This document shows positions 21,365 to 34,497 of a stretch of DNA of 64,000 nucleotides, piece by piece; within the stretch, counting starts at the first letter, position 1; each line of letters starts with the position of its first letter. The position numbers were made by a program, and so were the translations under genes. Origin of the DNA: Octopus sinensis (Eukaryota); the NCBI RefSeq assembly GCF_006345805.1, contig NC_043010.1:60884001-60948000 (forward strand). Reading direction: 5' to 3'. A model generated the notes under the pieces. That model made no database searches. It had not been told where the DNA came from and saw only the letters and a program-made list of their open reading frames with translations.

Positions 21365-23489
21365 CTGCAGAGAAAATGATGAAACAATAACAAGAAATGA
21401 AATGTAAAACAAAGGAAAAGACAAAGGATTTCTGAGAAACAATTTTTTTATGGAAAACAAAATTTATAACAAATTTTCATTGGAAGAGAAAAATAATTGT
21501 CTTCTTTGTGAGTTCTGCAGTGAACAGAAGGGAAAGTTTATGAAAACTTTAGTTTGCATTTGCTAAATCTTTTATTGATGTTGTAGACAGAACACTGGTT
21601 GCGTTGATGTAAAGATGAAGATAAAGAGAAAAAGATTCAGTCTCACCAACATTGGCATCTATTCAAAATTAATAAAACAACCTCAAACCCACCAAGAGTA
21701 AACAAGAGAGACACAGAGAGAGAGAGAGACAGGCAGAAATAAGGAAAATGCCACTTACATTTGAACACTATACAAATATTCTTTTAAAAAAACTTTTCTT
21801 TTTTAATTTTTCTAAATTTAACTGTTTAATTGTTACAGTTGAAAAAGTCTCAATGACTGAAACCGGTACTGAAATGTTTTTTATAAAATTAGTTTAGCAT
21901 TTTCTATCTTGACTTTTTTTCCATATATATATATAAATATATATACTGTAAGAAAGTTGGATCATAAACAACATTGTTATGTCTTTAATAGTGAGAGAAG
22001 TATTATAACAACAGCAGAAGGGGTATTATGCTCCAAAGACAGTTCATGAGAGTCAGCCAGGTATTTCCATAAAACAGATACCGTAGATCAGTAAACTCAA
22101 ACACTCTTTATCAATAAAGAAGGAATTCAATACAAAAGTATTGTGTAATCAGACAGCTGACATTAAGAAGGAAGCCGTTGCTGTATGGTTGGCAAAACAT
22201 AAGCTCATAAGCAATTCTATTCAGTGTCCCACTTCTAGATACCAGTGAAATATTGGAAATGTAGTGGCTACAATTTTAGCCAAGTGAGACATAAATCTTG
22301 TCTTTATTTTATAAGTGGAAACCACAACTGGATCTCATGCTGTTTATATAGAAAGATGTGGTCAATGAATCAATCAGATGTTGGGTCAGTACAGTGACCT
22401 TTCACACAGTACAGTGACATGAAAAACAAATTGATCAAAGAAGGTACTGTGGATATAAGTGTCCTGTTTGTCAATTTTGAAAAGGATGTTTTTAATGGTT
22501 TAACCAGAGGACAATGGATGTTTGCCGACCTTTTTGAGAACCTCTGAAACTAATGAGCGAAGGGAGGAAAGTATCCACAGACCTTAGATTTGGTTTGTTT
22601 GTATGAAAAAGAGTGGATGTCCCTGAAGATACCCAAGGACCAGATGGTAGTGTTAAACTAAGCAACATGTGAACTCTACCATCTAAGGATAGGAATGGTC
22701 CCATTAAGGGCAACCCACCAGTGTCTATTCACCAAATTTCCTTCACAAGGTTCTGGCCAACCCAAAGTTATGGTAGAACACAACTAAGACATCCCATGAT
22801 TGGATTGAACCTAAAACCAAGCAATCAGAAAGTGAACTTCTTAACCGCACAGTTACATCCGTACCCTTTCACTGCTGGGTACAAGGTTGTAGTGGGTACA
22901 ATTGTAAAACATTTAACTGAGATATCAAACATGGCAGTCTGTATGTCTCCAGTCAAGAAGATCAAATTCATTTCTGAATTAATAATTGTGCTCCAGCAGG
23001 GCACAACACATTTCTGTTGTCCCAACAATAACAATATTCTCACACACAACTTAGAAATGGCTTATAAAAAATACCACATCAAGTGGAACAGAGTTTATAT
23101 GAAGAGGAGTTTCTCTCAAAACGACAGACAATATTTTCCAACATCTTAACTGTTGTTAATTTGAATATTTGTACCACAAATTATTGGCATTTTAATGTAA
23201 ATTTCTTTTTTTGCCAATCTGTCATTCATTGTAAGTAATAAATTAATAAATTTACTTCATGTTTTTAAAGAATTAGTTATTTTGGACGTTTTTGCTTTAT
23301 ATATGCCGGTAAGAAAATACAGGTGTTTCCAAATTGCAGGGTGGGGCCAACACTGTCAAGAGGATTAATATATGACATTTGCATACACACATACATATGC
23401 ACAGACACACACACACCAAAAAAACATCCATCTATATACACAAACCCCTACATGATGAGATTTTCTCTTGGCTCAAACAAGAAAGACAA

Positions 23490-24520
23490 GACTTCTCATC
23501 ACAGACGTTGCTGATAACAAACTTTAATTACAAACCAGAAAAATAGGAAACCATTTGACATCGTTAAGGATTTGAAGCCAAAAGTGGAAACAGAAGGCTA
23601 AGTTTTCAAGTAATATAACCTGACACCTTGGCCAAAAAGCACAGTCTGTGTCAACAATGCGAAAATAACAGAACAATGGAGAGAGAAAAAAAAAGAATAA
23701 GGATTAGGCAAGTAAAACAAGGGAGATAACCACGACCAAGAAGCCCAATCGGCCAATAAATGTGTCAATTGGAGACCAGTGAAAATAATGGAGAAGACAA
23801 ATTGCCAGAGGAGTCGGCAGGCTTCAGGAGTGGTTTCTACAACCTCCACAGCATCAATAAACTGACTGAACCTAATGCGGAGAATTTGTCACTGTACTGA
23901 ACTGATTGGAAGAGTAAGTTGTGAAAGACATTTACATTTGCCTCGAGAAAGTAATCTCCATAGTAGCAGGAATATCAACAGACAAGGCAGAGGGAGTGAT
24001 GACATTCAGATAAAGAAAGGTGTGAGCCAAGGAGATACCACATCACCCAAACTGTTCACAACATTAGAAAACATTTTCAGACTGTTAGACTGGGAGAAGC
24101 AAAGAATAAATGTCAATGGAAACTTCCTACATTATCTCAGATTTGCTGATATCATAGAGATATCAGATAGTCTGTAGGATACAAAGGAAACGCTGAGAGA
24201 AACAGCTTAAATGTTTGGGGTTTTGACAGTTGGAGAAGACAGAGTAGAAATGCAGAGAAAACTGGCCGTATACCGACACAAGGTGAAAGGGAAAAGAATG
24301 GATGGAAGCAGATGATACTGTTAGCACTGTAGAAGACAAAAAGGAAATGGAAATGGTGAGGAAGCATCTTGGCTGGACAGTGACCCATTGGACAAAAATC
24401 ATCAAAGATAGGAAAAAATAAACAAGGAAACCATAAAAGAGACGGACCAATGGCAGAAGACCAGCATCAATTAGAAACATGGAGAGTCTGAAAAAAAACT
24501 AGCAACAAGATGAAGCTTTC
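23490..24520 (+). mobile_element. Decayed RTE-clade LINE reverse transcriptase fragment
   Basis: IKKGVSQGDTTSPKLF and LHYLRFADI (RT motifs), a QAGFR-like motif near 23815, and numerous stops. Confidence 0.8.
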
Positions 24521-26029
24521 ACCCAGCAGTTTATAGATGACAACTGGGTTTCTATGTCTGCTTATTTTTGTTTCTACCAATAAAATGGTCGTCACTAGTG
24601 TGACTAAAGGTACCCTAGGGCCAGTGAATGGGGTTAAACCAGGCAACAGATTAAATTTATCACCGAATAACAGGAATGGTCTCTCCAATGGGATGCCACA
24701 TGATTTCCATCAATTAATTTCATTCACAAAACTTTGCCCAATCCAGTTCTATGGTAGGAAGATACTTGTATGAGGTGCCGTGCAGAGGGATTGAACCAAA
24801 CACCACACAGATGCAAAGCAAACTTCGTAACCACAAATAGGACACTAAACAAGAACAAACACTAACGACTGTTGTTAGGTGGGCAATGAAAACACGGTTT
24901 TGATGACAGTCAAATTCCCATAATTATGCTTAGATTCAAGAGAATAATCTAAAGCTGGGCAGGAGCTCAGCTGCACCATAAAAGGGTTTCTTATGGGATG
25001 TGTAAGCTGATTACCTCTGCCAAACTTTTTTTTTTTTTGCCACACAGCATGGCACTGCGAAGCGGGGAAGAATATGAAAGAGAGTGTTCAGAACTGCAAC
25101 TGACCAAACTTCTCCCACCAAATCCAGTATGAGTTTGCTCCAGGAGCCAGTAGTTACTCGTTGCTAGAATCTCTGTGTCCAAACAATACAACAGAGTGGA
25201 GTAAAAGCAATCATCACATTACTTCCTACAACTCGTCCAGTTTGACCATATCCAGAAGGGGTTAAAACCTGTGTTGGACAGCACTGGCACTTTTATAGTA
25301 AGCAGCCAGAAAAAACTTCCTCGGAGGAGGCCAACTATACTTGTAAGGGGTGAGATGAGACAGTGAAACCAATCTCTCAGTAATCACAATTTGACCAACT
25401 TTCTGGGATTCTGATGTCACAATCAAAAAAAAAAAATGTACAAAAATAATGAAACTTATTTTATTATGTGCAGGCAAAAGACTTGACCCTAAGAACCTCT
25501 GGGACAGATGGGAGGATATTTATCCTCAAATTATAGACCTGCCCTGAATTCCTGAAATATAGTGGGTTACACTAAAGGTACCCTAGGGCCAGTGAATGGG
25601 GTTAAACCAGGCAACAGATTAAATTTATCACCGAATAACAGGAATGGTCTCTCCAATGGGATGCCACATGATTTCCATCAATTAATTTCATTCACAAAAC
25701 TTTGCCCAATCCAGTTCTATGGTAGGAAGATACTTGTATGAGGTGCCGTGCAGAGGGATTGAACCAAACACCACACAGATGCAAAGCAAACTTCGTAACC
25801 ACAAAACCCTGTTGGGGCCCAAACTTAAAAAGAGATGGTTTTGACCTGTCGGTCTTTTAATCTGTCTCTGTTATGTCTTCCCACATCCAATCAGTCATTT
25901 TCCCCATCGAAGAATTCATTGAAAAAAAATCAATAAATACATCATCAGTGTATATTTATTTACAGAAATATTGAAAGAACATTGCCACATCACTTTACAG
26001 TAGAAAGCTTGCAATAAGCCTTTTAAGAA

Positions 26030-26470
26030 GTAGCCGAGCGTGATCGTTACCAGCGTCGCCTTACTGGCACTCAAGCCCCATGCTAGTAGGGTATTAAGAG
26101 CACCATCCGAGCATGATCATTGCCAGAGCGGCTATCTGGCCTCTGTGCCAGTGGCACGTAAAAGACACCATTCGAGCGTGATCGTTACCAGCATCGCCTT
26201 ACTGGCACCTGTGCCAGTGGCATGTGTAAAGGATTCGAGCGAGATTGTTGCCAGTACCACCTGACTGGCCCCGTGCCGGTGAGATGTAAAACCACCCACT
26301 ACACTCTCAGAGTGGTTGGCATTAGGAAGGGCATTCAGCTGTAGAAACTCTACCAGATCAAGATTGAGGCCTGGTGCAGCCATCTGGTTCGCCAGCCCTC
26401 AGTCAATCATCCAACCCATGCTAGCATGGAAAGCGGACGTTAAATGATGATGATGATGATGATGATGAGA
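26030..26470 (+). mobile_element. Family C (RTE 3' end) element
   Basis: Internal repeats, conserved body and (GAT)n tail. Confidence 0.75.
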
Positions 26471-27059
26471 TCAGGCTAGACCCCAGTATTTAGTCAGATT
26501 TAGTGGTTTTGAGCCATTGTGGACGACCCTAGATGCTAGTATTTGATCAAATTTAGTGGTTTCATGGCTGTTTACATTGAATGCTAACAAAGCAGACAAA
26601 TTATATATATATATATACATATGTTGTACACAAACACACACACATTCTAAATATATATATACATGTACATACATACATAACTGAGATTCTTTAAAACTCA
26701 GTTTCAACAATGAAGACAGCCTATCACAGATGTGTTTTGTTATGTAACAAGCCAAGGAGCAAACTTTAATGATGAAACCCCCAAAGCTATCAAACCATTT
26801 GAGATCATTAGGTCAAGTATTACTAAGTCAGAGAGAAAGTACAACCATGCTGCCATCAGGGAAATGACTATGCTTCATATGCTGAGAAGAATTTGGTAAG
26901 AATTCCATGAAGCATGACCAGTGAAAACTACAGCTGCTCAAGAAGTGTAGTGTGATCAGAGACTGGCCAACAAGGAGACAGACATCACATGCATCAGATT
27001 GCCAGGGACAACAGGCACTCAGAGATTGCAGGTGGTGGGGCCTATGAAATACCCACAGG

Positions 27060-27385
27060 CTCCTTGACGTAGTTGATAGCTTTTGTTACCTAAATGATTT
27101 AATTAGCAGAGGTGATAGGTATTCTGTAAGCACAGTAGTCAGAGCAAGACCAGCGTGGAAAAGTTTAAGAAAGTACTACCTCTGCTGACAACAAGGGATT
27201 TTTCTTCAAACTAAGGGGCAGATTGTATGAAGTGTGATGTTGTGCAGTAGCAAAGATGTGGACCTTGAATGCAGAAGATTTGCAATGGCTAAAAAGAAAT
27301 GAAGCAAGGATGCTTCACCGGATGTTTATGGTTAGTTTGCATGTATGATGGAATACAAATAAGCTGAGAGACAAACTATATGAGG
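27060..27385 (+). mobile_element. Decayed RTE-type LINE ORF2 post-RT fragment
   Basis: Translates with breaks to VDSFCYL.DLIS ... KFRxxLPLL.T ... KGRLY ... RNEARMLHRM. Homologous to 37240-37400. Confidence 0.65.
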
Positions 27386-29268
27386 AATCAGATGTGAGGC
27401 ATAATATACTTATTGTGTGTGTGTGTGGTTAACAATTCTGGTATGGAATGGATGTGTCTGGTATACAACATCCTTCTCCCCCCCCCACCCTTCCCCTCTC
27501 ATATTTCTCCAAAACCAGTTCAATCTAAGCATTTGTCCACTCAGTCTGAGACAACCACTGCCAACAAGGATGACCACACATTCTCTGGCTAATTAGTTAC
27601 GATTCTAAGTCCCAGCTCCAATTAAAGTGTAGAAAGGAACCAACAAATATTGTGGAAGAGGATCAAAGACCAAGTCTGCAGAACTGTTAAGAAGAAAAAC
27701 TCTCAAAATATTACCCAACGATGTGACAAGCAGAACAACAGGATGGAAAGTAAAACTATAGTTTGTTAGCCTCAACAGGACAGAGAGGATTGATAGGAAT
27801 AGAGAGAGAGAGAAGTAGAGAGGGGGGAGTAGAGAGAGGGGAGTAGAGAGAGAGAGGGGAATAGAGAGGGAGAGAGGGGGGGGAGTAGATGTCAGTTAAA
27901 AAGTATTATCTGAGCAGAAACAACAATTTTAAACTCCTAAAGAATGCAACAAATAATTAATGGTTTGTTAATTGGCTCAGAGAGATGTCTGATGGTCAAG
28001 TGCACAGCTAAGGGTTTGTGACCAAGACACTTATCTCTCGAGTGGCTCAGTCTACTTAACTGTAAAAAGGTACCACAGGTAGGAACAATCCACTGTTGTA
28101 AACAGTAGCAACACTCTTATTGTGACTCTTCTTTAGCCCTAGGTCAGCCCTGATCGAGCAGACCCATAATCAACAGCATTCCAACCACGACCATCCTGTT
28201 TTATCTTGAACAACATTATTCAATGTGTCCTTTCTTAAGATAGTAGGATATGATTTGAGAGAGATGTTGGCTGTTACTTCAAGCAGGTCTATCTTGTAGT
28301 GCCCCTCTGTACAGTTTGGAGAAGGGTCAAGTCTGTGAAGCCAAATTTCAGGAACATAACCATTCCATGGAGCTGAAGTTGTCAGTTCTGCCCCAGTAAC
28401 GTACTGATTGATGGTCAAGAAAAGAAACTGAATGAGGGGACAGTTAATGGTGAGGTTAATCCCAGAAACATCATCAAAGTTGTCTAAGCTGTATAATTAT
28501 CAAGTTTCATACCCAGACAAAGTATGGAGGGTGGGGTGGGGGTCTAAAATCTATCAAATCATTTCAAAAGTTATAAGTTGAGATAAGTAACTGAGATTTG
28601 TAATGTCTCCCTTTTCTTAGAAACAAGCATAATTTTCTGGGGGCTTTTTTTTTTATCACATTGGCAATCAAATTAAATGTCTTTAACAATAGGTTGATTT
28701 AGTACTCAGTCAGGTCGATTCCTATAACAATTCCTAGATGCGAATGGAAGACTGCAGGTTACTGAGCCGTCAGGAATCAGTTCAGAATATCCCATCATAC
28801 GGAAATGTTATCAATAAACTGGTGTTTCATCCAAATGAGCATCTCTTGTAGAGTTCAAGTCTCGATGCATAACAGAGGAAATACTCACAGCCCGGAGCCA
28901 CTTGTCTCTCATTAAAAGAAGTACAATGACTGTGACATTAAAGTACTACAAAACTGAGTACATCAACACTTAGTACTACCATTATTGCTGTCTCTCCTCC
29001 AATGTCACTGACAGTCGTTGTGGTCTCAGGGCACAGTAACTCTGCTCCCTTTGTTCCCATTTTCCTGACTGATATAAAACCAAGGGCCACCCCTACTCCA
29101 TGGTGGGGTGGTCAGCAATAGGAAGGACCATCATTCTGCTGTGGAATAATAGCAATATAAAAAAAAACTTTTTGATCCTGCAAACATGGAAAAAAAATTA
29201 ATGTAAAACAGCAAAAAATTAAACATGAGAAAAAAAAGAGGAAGTTTGTGTTTGTTAGAGTTTGGGTA

Positions 29269-30900
29269 TCATGAGAGGTGATGGAGGACAAAGTCGGTCA
29301 AGCGTCCAGGTAAGTATTTGTGGTACTCAATGTTTGCTTGGTTTAAAACTCTGGCAGTGAGACACTGCAGGGAAAGAGGTTCTTTTACAGGAACAAGTTT
29401 AGCAGCATCAAAGACAATGTACGGTGATTCTTTGAGAAATTTTCCCAGAAACTGGTTTTGTGTTTCATGACACGCTTGGAGAATAATGTCTGTCGGCTGC
29501 CATTTTCCATGAAGCCTTAAAGAGATTGCAGGTTTACTTCCATCCGTGATGCCTTCCTGTTCAGCATGTGACTGTTCTGTCTGAGACAAAACCTTGGTGT
29601 ATCGATCAAGAACAGAACAGGAGAACCTCTGAAAGCTTACCGAATCCCATTTGTGTTGGTAATGAATGAGAATTTTGAGCAAGTTCACCACAAACAGTAA
29701 CAACGTTTCCCATGCATTCACCTTGTAAGAACTTTTCAAAGATCTTTCTTCACAGTTGCTGTTTTGGAGAGATTCCCAGTTGATGACGATATCACTAGCA
29801 ATCTGCCGCACAAGATTTATGACCTCCCTGAATGGCATCGAATAATGTTGATCTTTACTGTATATTTTCCAAAACACCTCCAACTCAAGTGTAACAATAT
29901 CAGGGCCCGTTACACACCTCATTCTTTGACAGGCTCGAAGTAAATGGCAATATATGTCCCATGCTAGTGAAACATTGCCGAGGTCGCACTGCAGCCATGC
30001 TGCATAACCTAAGGCCTCAAGTGACGTACAGCAAACCCCTAATACTTTTTCTGTCACCATTAGTGCAGGAAATTCAAAGACATCAATGTTGTGTTCAGCT
30101 TCATCAAGAGCTTTAATAAATATCTGTGTTGTGGTGCTGTCAAAGTACTGTTGTGGAGAATGTTGTGGGTAAGGAAAAGTTACCAGTAAATAGATGAGTA
30201 TTCTCCATTGCCAGTGTGTGGCAGCAAGCCGGAAACTGTTCTCACCGAGGCCATTGCATGTGTAAGGACTGAAGCCTTTCTGGAGGAGAAACTTAAACAC
30301 CTCTAAACTACCTTTACAGGCTGCAAAATGCAGGACTGTGTCACCCTTTGCATCAGTTGCATATAAATTAGCACCATTTGAAGAGAGGAGATCTACTAAC
30401 TCCGTGTTAAAGACCGATTCCATCAATGGAGTCACTCCTTTATGGTCAGCAAAATTAACATCAGAACCTCTTTCAATAAGAAACTTAACAATGTCCACGT
30501 TGCCACCCTTAACAGACATTTTCAGAGCAGTGCTACCCAAATGGTCTTTGACATTGATATCAGCTCCATAATCAAGAAGGATCTGTAACATATTCTTGCA
30601 GCGTTCTGATGCAGCCACTAAAAGAGGGGTCACTTGAGCATCATCATTATATATCACAGGTTGATCGACAGGAACATTGCATTCCTGTAACAAATACTGA
30701 ACAAGTTCCAAGTTGTTGTAGGAAACGGCCAGAAACAGCGCAGTGAATCCTTGGATCTTTCGGCTGGCAATACGTTTGCGATGTGGCATTTTAAGAGGGT
30801 CCAGTTTGGACTTCACACCAACCAGGTTACATTTCCTCACATAACGCATCACTTTGTTTGATATGGAAATAATCTGCTCTCCTGTAAGTTGTTGTGACAT
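29269..30900 (-). CDS. Ankyrin-repeat protein, Fem-1-like (CRL2 substrate receptor type), 543 aa
   Basis: About 6 N-terminal ankyrin repeats (TPLLVAA, TALKMSV, TPLMESV, TVLHFAA), a helical middle region and a C-terminal PLSLQCLTARVL BC/VHL-box-like motif. ATG 30900 follows the acceptor ttttttcag|GAAAG. The track's extra N-terminal 30 aa are mostly intronic. Confidence 0.88.
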   Translation of the reverse strand: MSQQLTGEQIISISNKVMRYVRKCNLVGVKSKLDPLKMPHRKRIASRKIQGFTALFLAVSYNNLELVQYLLQECNVPVDQPVIYNDDAQVTPLLVAASERCKNMLQILLDYGADINVKDHLGSTALKMSVKGGNVDIVKFLIERGSDVNFADHKGVTPLMESVFNTELVDLLSSNGANLYATDAKGDTVLHFAACKGSLEVFKFLLQKGFSPYTCNGLGENSFRLAATHWQWRILIYLLVTFPYPQHSPQQYFDSTTTQIFIKALDEAEHNIDVFEFPALMVTEKVLGVCCTSLEALGYAAWLQCDLGNVSLAWDIYCHLLRACQRMRCVTGPDIVTLELEVFWKIYSKDQHYSMPFREVINLVRQIASDIVINWESLQNSNCEERSLKSSYKVNAWETLLLFVVNLLKILIHYQHKWDSVSFQRFSCSVLDRYTKVLSQTEQSHAEQEGITDGSKPAISLRLHGKWQPTDIILQACHETQNQFLGKFLKESPYIVFDAAKLVPVKEPLSLQCLTARVLNQANIEYHKYLPGRLTDFVLHHLS

Positions 30901-31366
30901 CTTTCCTGAAAAAATAATAAAAATAATAATAATATTAGTGAGAGATGTTAGAAATAATAGTTCTTTTATATTACCAAATGGAAATAACAATTCCTTTATG
31001 TTATCATGTGGCTAATTGTCTTCTAATTAGGTTCTTCTAATAAACATCACAGTCTTAACCTTCAATAAATGCTAATTATGCAAATATTGATCAAAAACAA
31101 CCCCACAGTTAAATGTATGATTATGCCAGAGTTCCCAAGCAGATGGCATCAGTAATTAAATGAATCTATCAACATCTATAATCCTGATCTATTTAGAATG
31201 TAGACTCTTAATGACCAATTAATTATCAGTTAGTCAGTAAGTTTCTTTTATAATGAAATTTGTAGTCTAAAGGATTTTTAAGTATAATGACCTTATTAAC
31301 TTAGCTTGTATCTTAATTATCCACTTCTAAAAAACAAAAAGGGAAACAAAATAGCCAGCTGATTAC

Positions 31367-31510
31367 CCGTCAGCTTGCCAAACATACTGTTAATAGTGTT
31401 TTTACTTCCTGAACCAGCAATTACCCTGACAGAGCATGAAAGAGATCTTAGCCATTCACCTTCAACTTCCACAAAACTCATACGTCCTCTACCATTTTGT
31501 AGACACAGCT
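31367..31510 (-). other. Possible upstream exon of the ankyrin gene
   Basis: Donor ACGG|GTAATC at 31367 is phase 1 and in frame with the 30905 acceptor (...SMFGKLTG-KMSQQ). The 5' boundary is uncertain. Confidence 0.3.
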
Positions 31511-31852
31511 TGAAAACTATTTTAGCTGAAAAATTCCCGGCAAATCCAGTCTCCTTTTTTGCCAGCAACACAAGAAAACAAAAAGAACCAGCCATCACAC
31601 TCAACACTGGGAGTTAAACCACAACATCTATGACACGTAGAAGATGTGTCAAAAGATAGCAAAATGATGCAGAAACATACTTAGAGCCATCCCAGTTACT
31701 TTTGGCCAAAACATTGCAGTTCACACACAAGCATTATACAATCTGCATCTCACTTTGGGAGAGAAACGTTTTATTAGCAAAAGGGGTAACCACTCCCCAA
31801 CCCATTCTTACTCTGGCTCCTCTACTTCAGGAACATTCACCTCCACTGTTAA

Positions 31853-32082
31853 TTAACCCTTCCGTTACCGTATTTATTTCGAGATGCTCTGTGTTTCTTT
31901 CAATTAATCTTAAATACAACAAAGAATTTAGTGAAATAACTTTGTTATCATTCAGCTGGTGTTAGGAACATAAACTGTAACTAAGGTTTGGTGGAAGGTT
32001 TTAATTCAAAACTTTTGAAAACAAGACATTTTTACTACAGAGCCAGAGGCGGTCTCAGCCCGGTTGGCATCAAAAGGGTTAA
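31853..32082. mobile_element. piggyBac-like MITE, family P1, copy 3
   Basis: TTAA|CCCTTCCGTTAC ... AAAAGGG|TTAA. Confidence 0.75.
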
Positions 32083-32592
32083 CTCACGCAAGTAACAGAA
32101 GCTACTGACCACTTCAAGGGAACCGACTCAGTGTTTGAGAGAAACTATCTCCTGTGCACATTTAGTGTTTGTAACCCCTGTGCAGAGACCATATATCAAG
32201 TCTGTTTTCTCTTAACCTGCCAGTGATTCCACTACATTTCTTGTGTCCATAGTTTGCACTGGGTGCATTGTATGGAATTGTTACATATTAAACAAGTGGC
32301 TATTTCCTTGATGGAACCAGAGTTCTATCAATTTCCCCACTAATACGTTGCTCAGTTAACTCCTTCAAGACCCCTTGATTTCAGGTTTTACTTCCACACC
32401 TGGAATTTCTTTTTTAATTCTACAACAGATACAGCTGTAAAAATGTCACCAGCACAAGAGTTTCCACGGGCAGCAACTCTTGAACTTCTGTGACAGCGTT
32501 GAGGATTATGACAAATAGAAGGGGACTGACAACTAAGCCCTAATGCACTCTAACCTGCATGCAAAATTTGTCAGCCTAATATAGATAGAGTG

Positions 32593-32830
32593 GAGGCTTA
32601 GTGGTTAGGGTATCAGCACCATGATTGTAAGATTGTGGTTTCAATTCCTGGACCGGGCAACGCATTATTTTCTTGAGCAAAACACTTCATTTCACGTTGC
32701 TCCAGTCCACTCAGTAACACTGCAGTGGACTGGCATCCCGTCCAGCAGGAGAACACGCACACCATAGAAACCGGGAAACTGGGCCCATGAGCCTGGCTAG
32801 GCTTTAAAAGGGCGCATTTATTATTTTTTT
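32593..32830 (+). mobile_element. SINE family D (tRNA head plus CORE/V-like domain)
   Basis: AGTGGTTAGGGT...GGTTTCAATTCCTGG...CTTGAGCAAAACACTT...GTGGACTGGCATCCCGTCCAG. Confidence 0.65.
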
Positions 32831-33319
32831 TTTAATATAGATAGAATCACTATTTTTCTGCTGTCGTCTGTGGTGGCCGGCTCAAAATATATATTTAGTA
32901 TATTGAGTCAATTTCCTCAACTATGGCCCATTGTGACTGAAAATGAGTGGAGTGCGCAACATAAAAAAACCCATGTCATTATATTTGAAAGTAATTTGTC
33001 ATCGACAAGAAACTGGAAGACATGAAAATATTCCTTATTTTATGTTTAGCATTGTACAATATAGTTAAAAGTAATCAGTATCAGAACGATCTAGCCTAAA
33101 GGGTACCCTCGCTTTTGTGGGCCTGTGAGGATTACAAAGGGGAAGGGGAGCACAAATTACCAGGTTTAATAAAATTAAGGTGGTTTTAAATTTGACCGAT
33201 AACTTGGCAAAGAAAGAATTGATGCAAACTCAGTTGTGTCTTTTATTAAAGAGAGAGGAGAGCAAAAGACTTCATTAATATTGAGAATGGAGCTGGTATT
33301 TTGCAGAGTAACCTTACTA

Positions 33320-33590
33320 CAATCATCATCATCATCATCATCGTTTAACGTCCGCTTTCCATGCAGGCATGGGTTGGACGGCTTGACTGCGGACTGGCGA
33401 GCCAGGAGGCTGCACCAGGCTCCAATCTGATCTGGCAAAGTTTCTACAGCTGGATGCCCTTCCTAACGACAACCACTCTGAGAGTGTAGAGGGTGCTTTT
33501 TAAGTGCCACTGGCATGAGGGCCAGTCTGGCGGCACTGGCAACAACCACGTTCGAATGTTGTTTTTCATGTGCCAGTAAGGCGACACTAA
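33320..33590 (-). mobile_element. Family C (RTE 3' end) element
   Basis: (CAT)n tail and conserved body. Confidence 0.75.
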
Positions 33591-33649
33591 AGGTGGAAAG
33601 TATTTTGAATGATTAACCTATAACATACCCATTTCCTCTTATCTGATAT

Positions 33650-33859
33650 ACTCTTTTACTTGTTTCAGTCATTTGACTGCGGTCATGCTGGAGCACCGCC
33701 TTTAATCGAGCAACTCGACCCCAGCACTTATTCTTTGTAAGCCCAGTACTTATTCTATCGGTCTATTTTGCCGAACCGCTAAGTGACGGGGACATAAACA
33801 CACCAGCATTGGTTGTCAAGCAATGCTAGGGGGATAAACAGACACACAAACACACACAC

Positions 33860-33947
<88 letters not shown>

Positions 33948-34104
33948 GACGGGCTTCTTTCAGTTTCCGTCTACCAAATCCACTCACAAGGCTTTGGTCA
34001 GCCCGAGGCTATAGCAGAAGACACTTGCCCAAGGTGCCACGCAGTGGGACTGAACCCGGAACCATGTGGTTGGTAAACAAGCTACTTACCACACAGCCAC
34101 TCCT
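33650..34104 (-). mobile_element. SINE family A with expanded internal (TA)n
   Basis: Full-length copy. The internal (TA)n tract spans about 33870-33945. Confidence 0.85.
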
Positions 34105-34296
34105 GGATATCATTACATTGAACAAGAATCACAAGAAAATAATTCAATATTATATTTAACGACATACACAACACACTTTTTTTACAAAAACGAAGTCTCA
34201 AGAAATTGCCCTGGGTCCTATATGCAAAGTTGAATTTCTCGTCAGCTAATTTTGTCCCTGATATTCACTATTAATAGGCTTGATTTTAATCTAGAC

Positions 34297-34497
34297 CAGC
34301 AGTTCTCCATCACGGCTCCCAGGGCCGCATGGACCCTCAAGCATCCTTCCAGCTGACCCTTGTTCTCCCCCACCCTCTATAAATATAATAAATTGTTCTT
34401 TGATTCGAGCTCTTTTTTTTTATTTTTGGTGCGGCCTCCTAAAAAAATTAATAACTTGGATCTGGCCAGGATATAAAAAGAGGGTTGAGAGCCACCG
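34297..34497. mobile_element. hAT (Charlie-type) MITE
   Basis: Ends are CAGCAGTTCTCCA and TTGAGAGCCACCG. The left 8-bp flank ATCTAGAC fits the NTCTAGAN Charlie target preference. The right flank ATTTGGAG matches it at 5 of 8 positions. Confidence 0.55.

Noticed and set aside
28800-28880. Kinase-like VMHRDLNS motif on the minus strand
   Set aside because: It is followed by stops within about 15 codons, with no other kinase motifs or suitable splice sites. It is likely 3' UTR or intergenic coincidence.
30901-30990. N-terminal 30 aa of the 573-aa ORF
   Set aside because: This is an alternative-start extension through an intronic T-rich acceptor tract.
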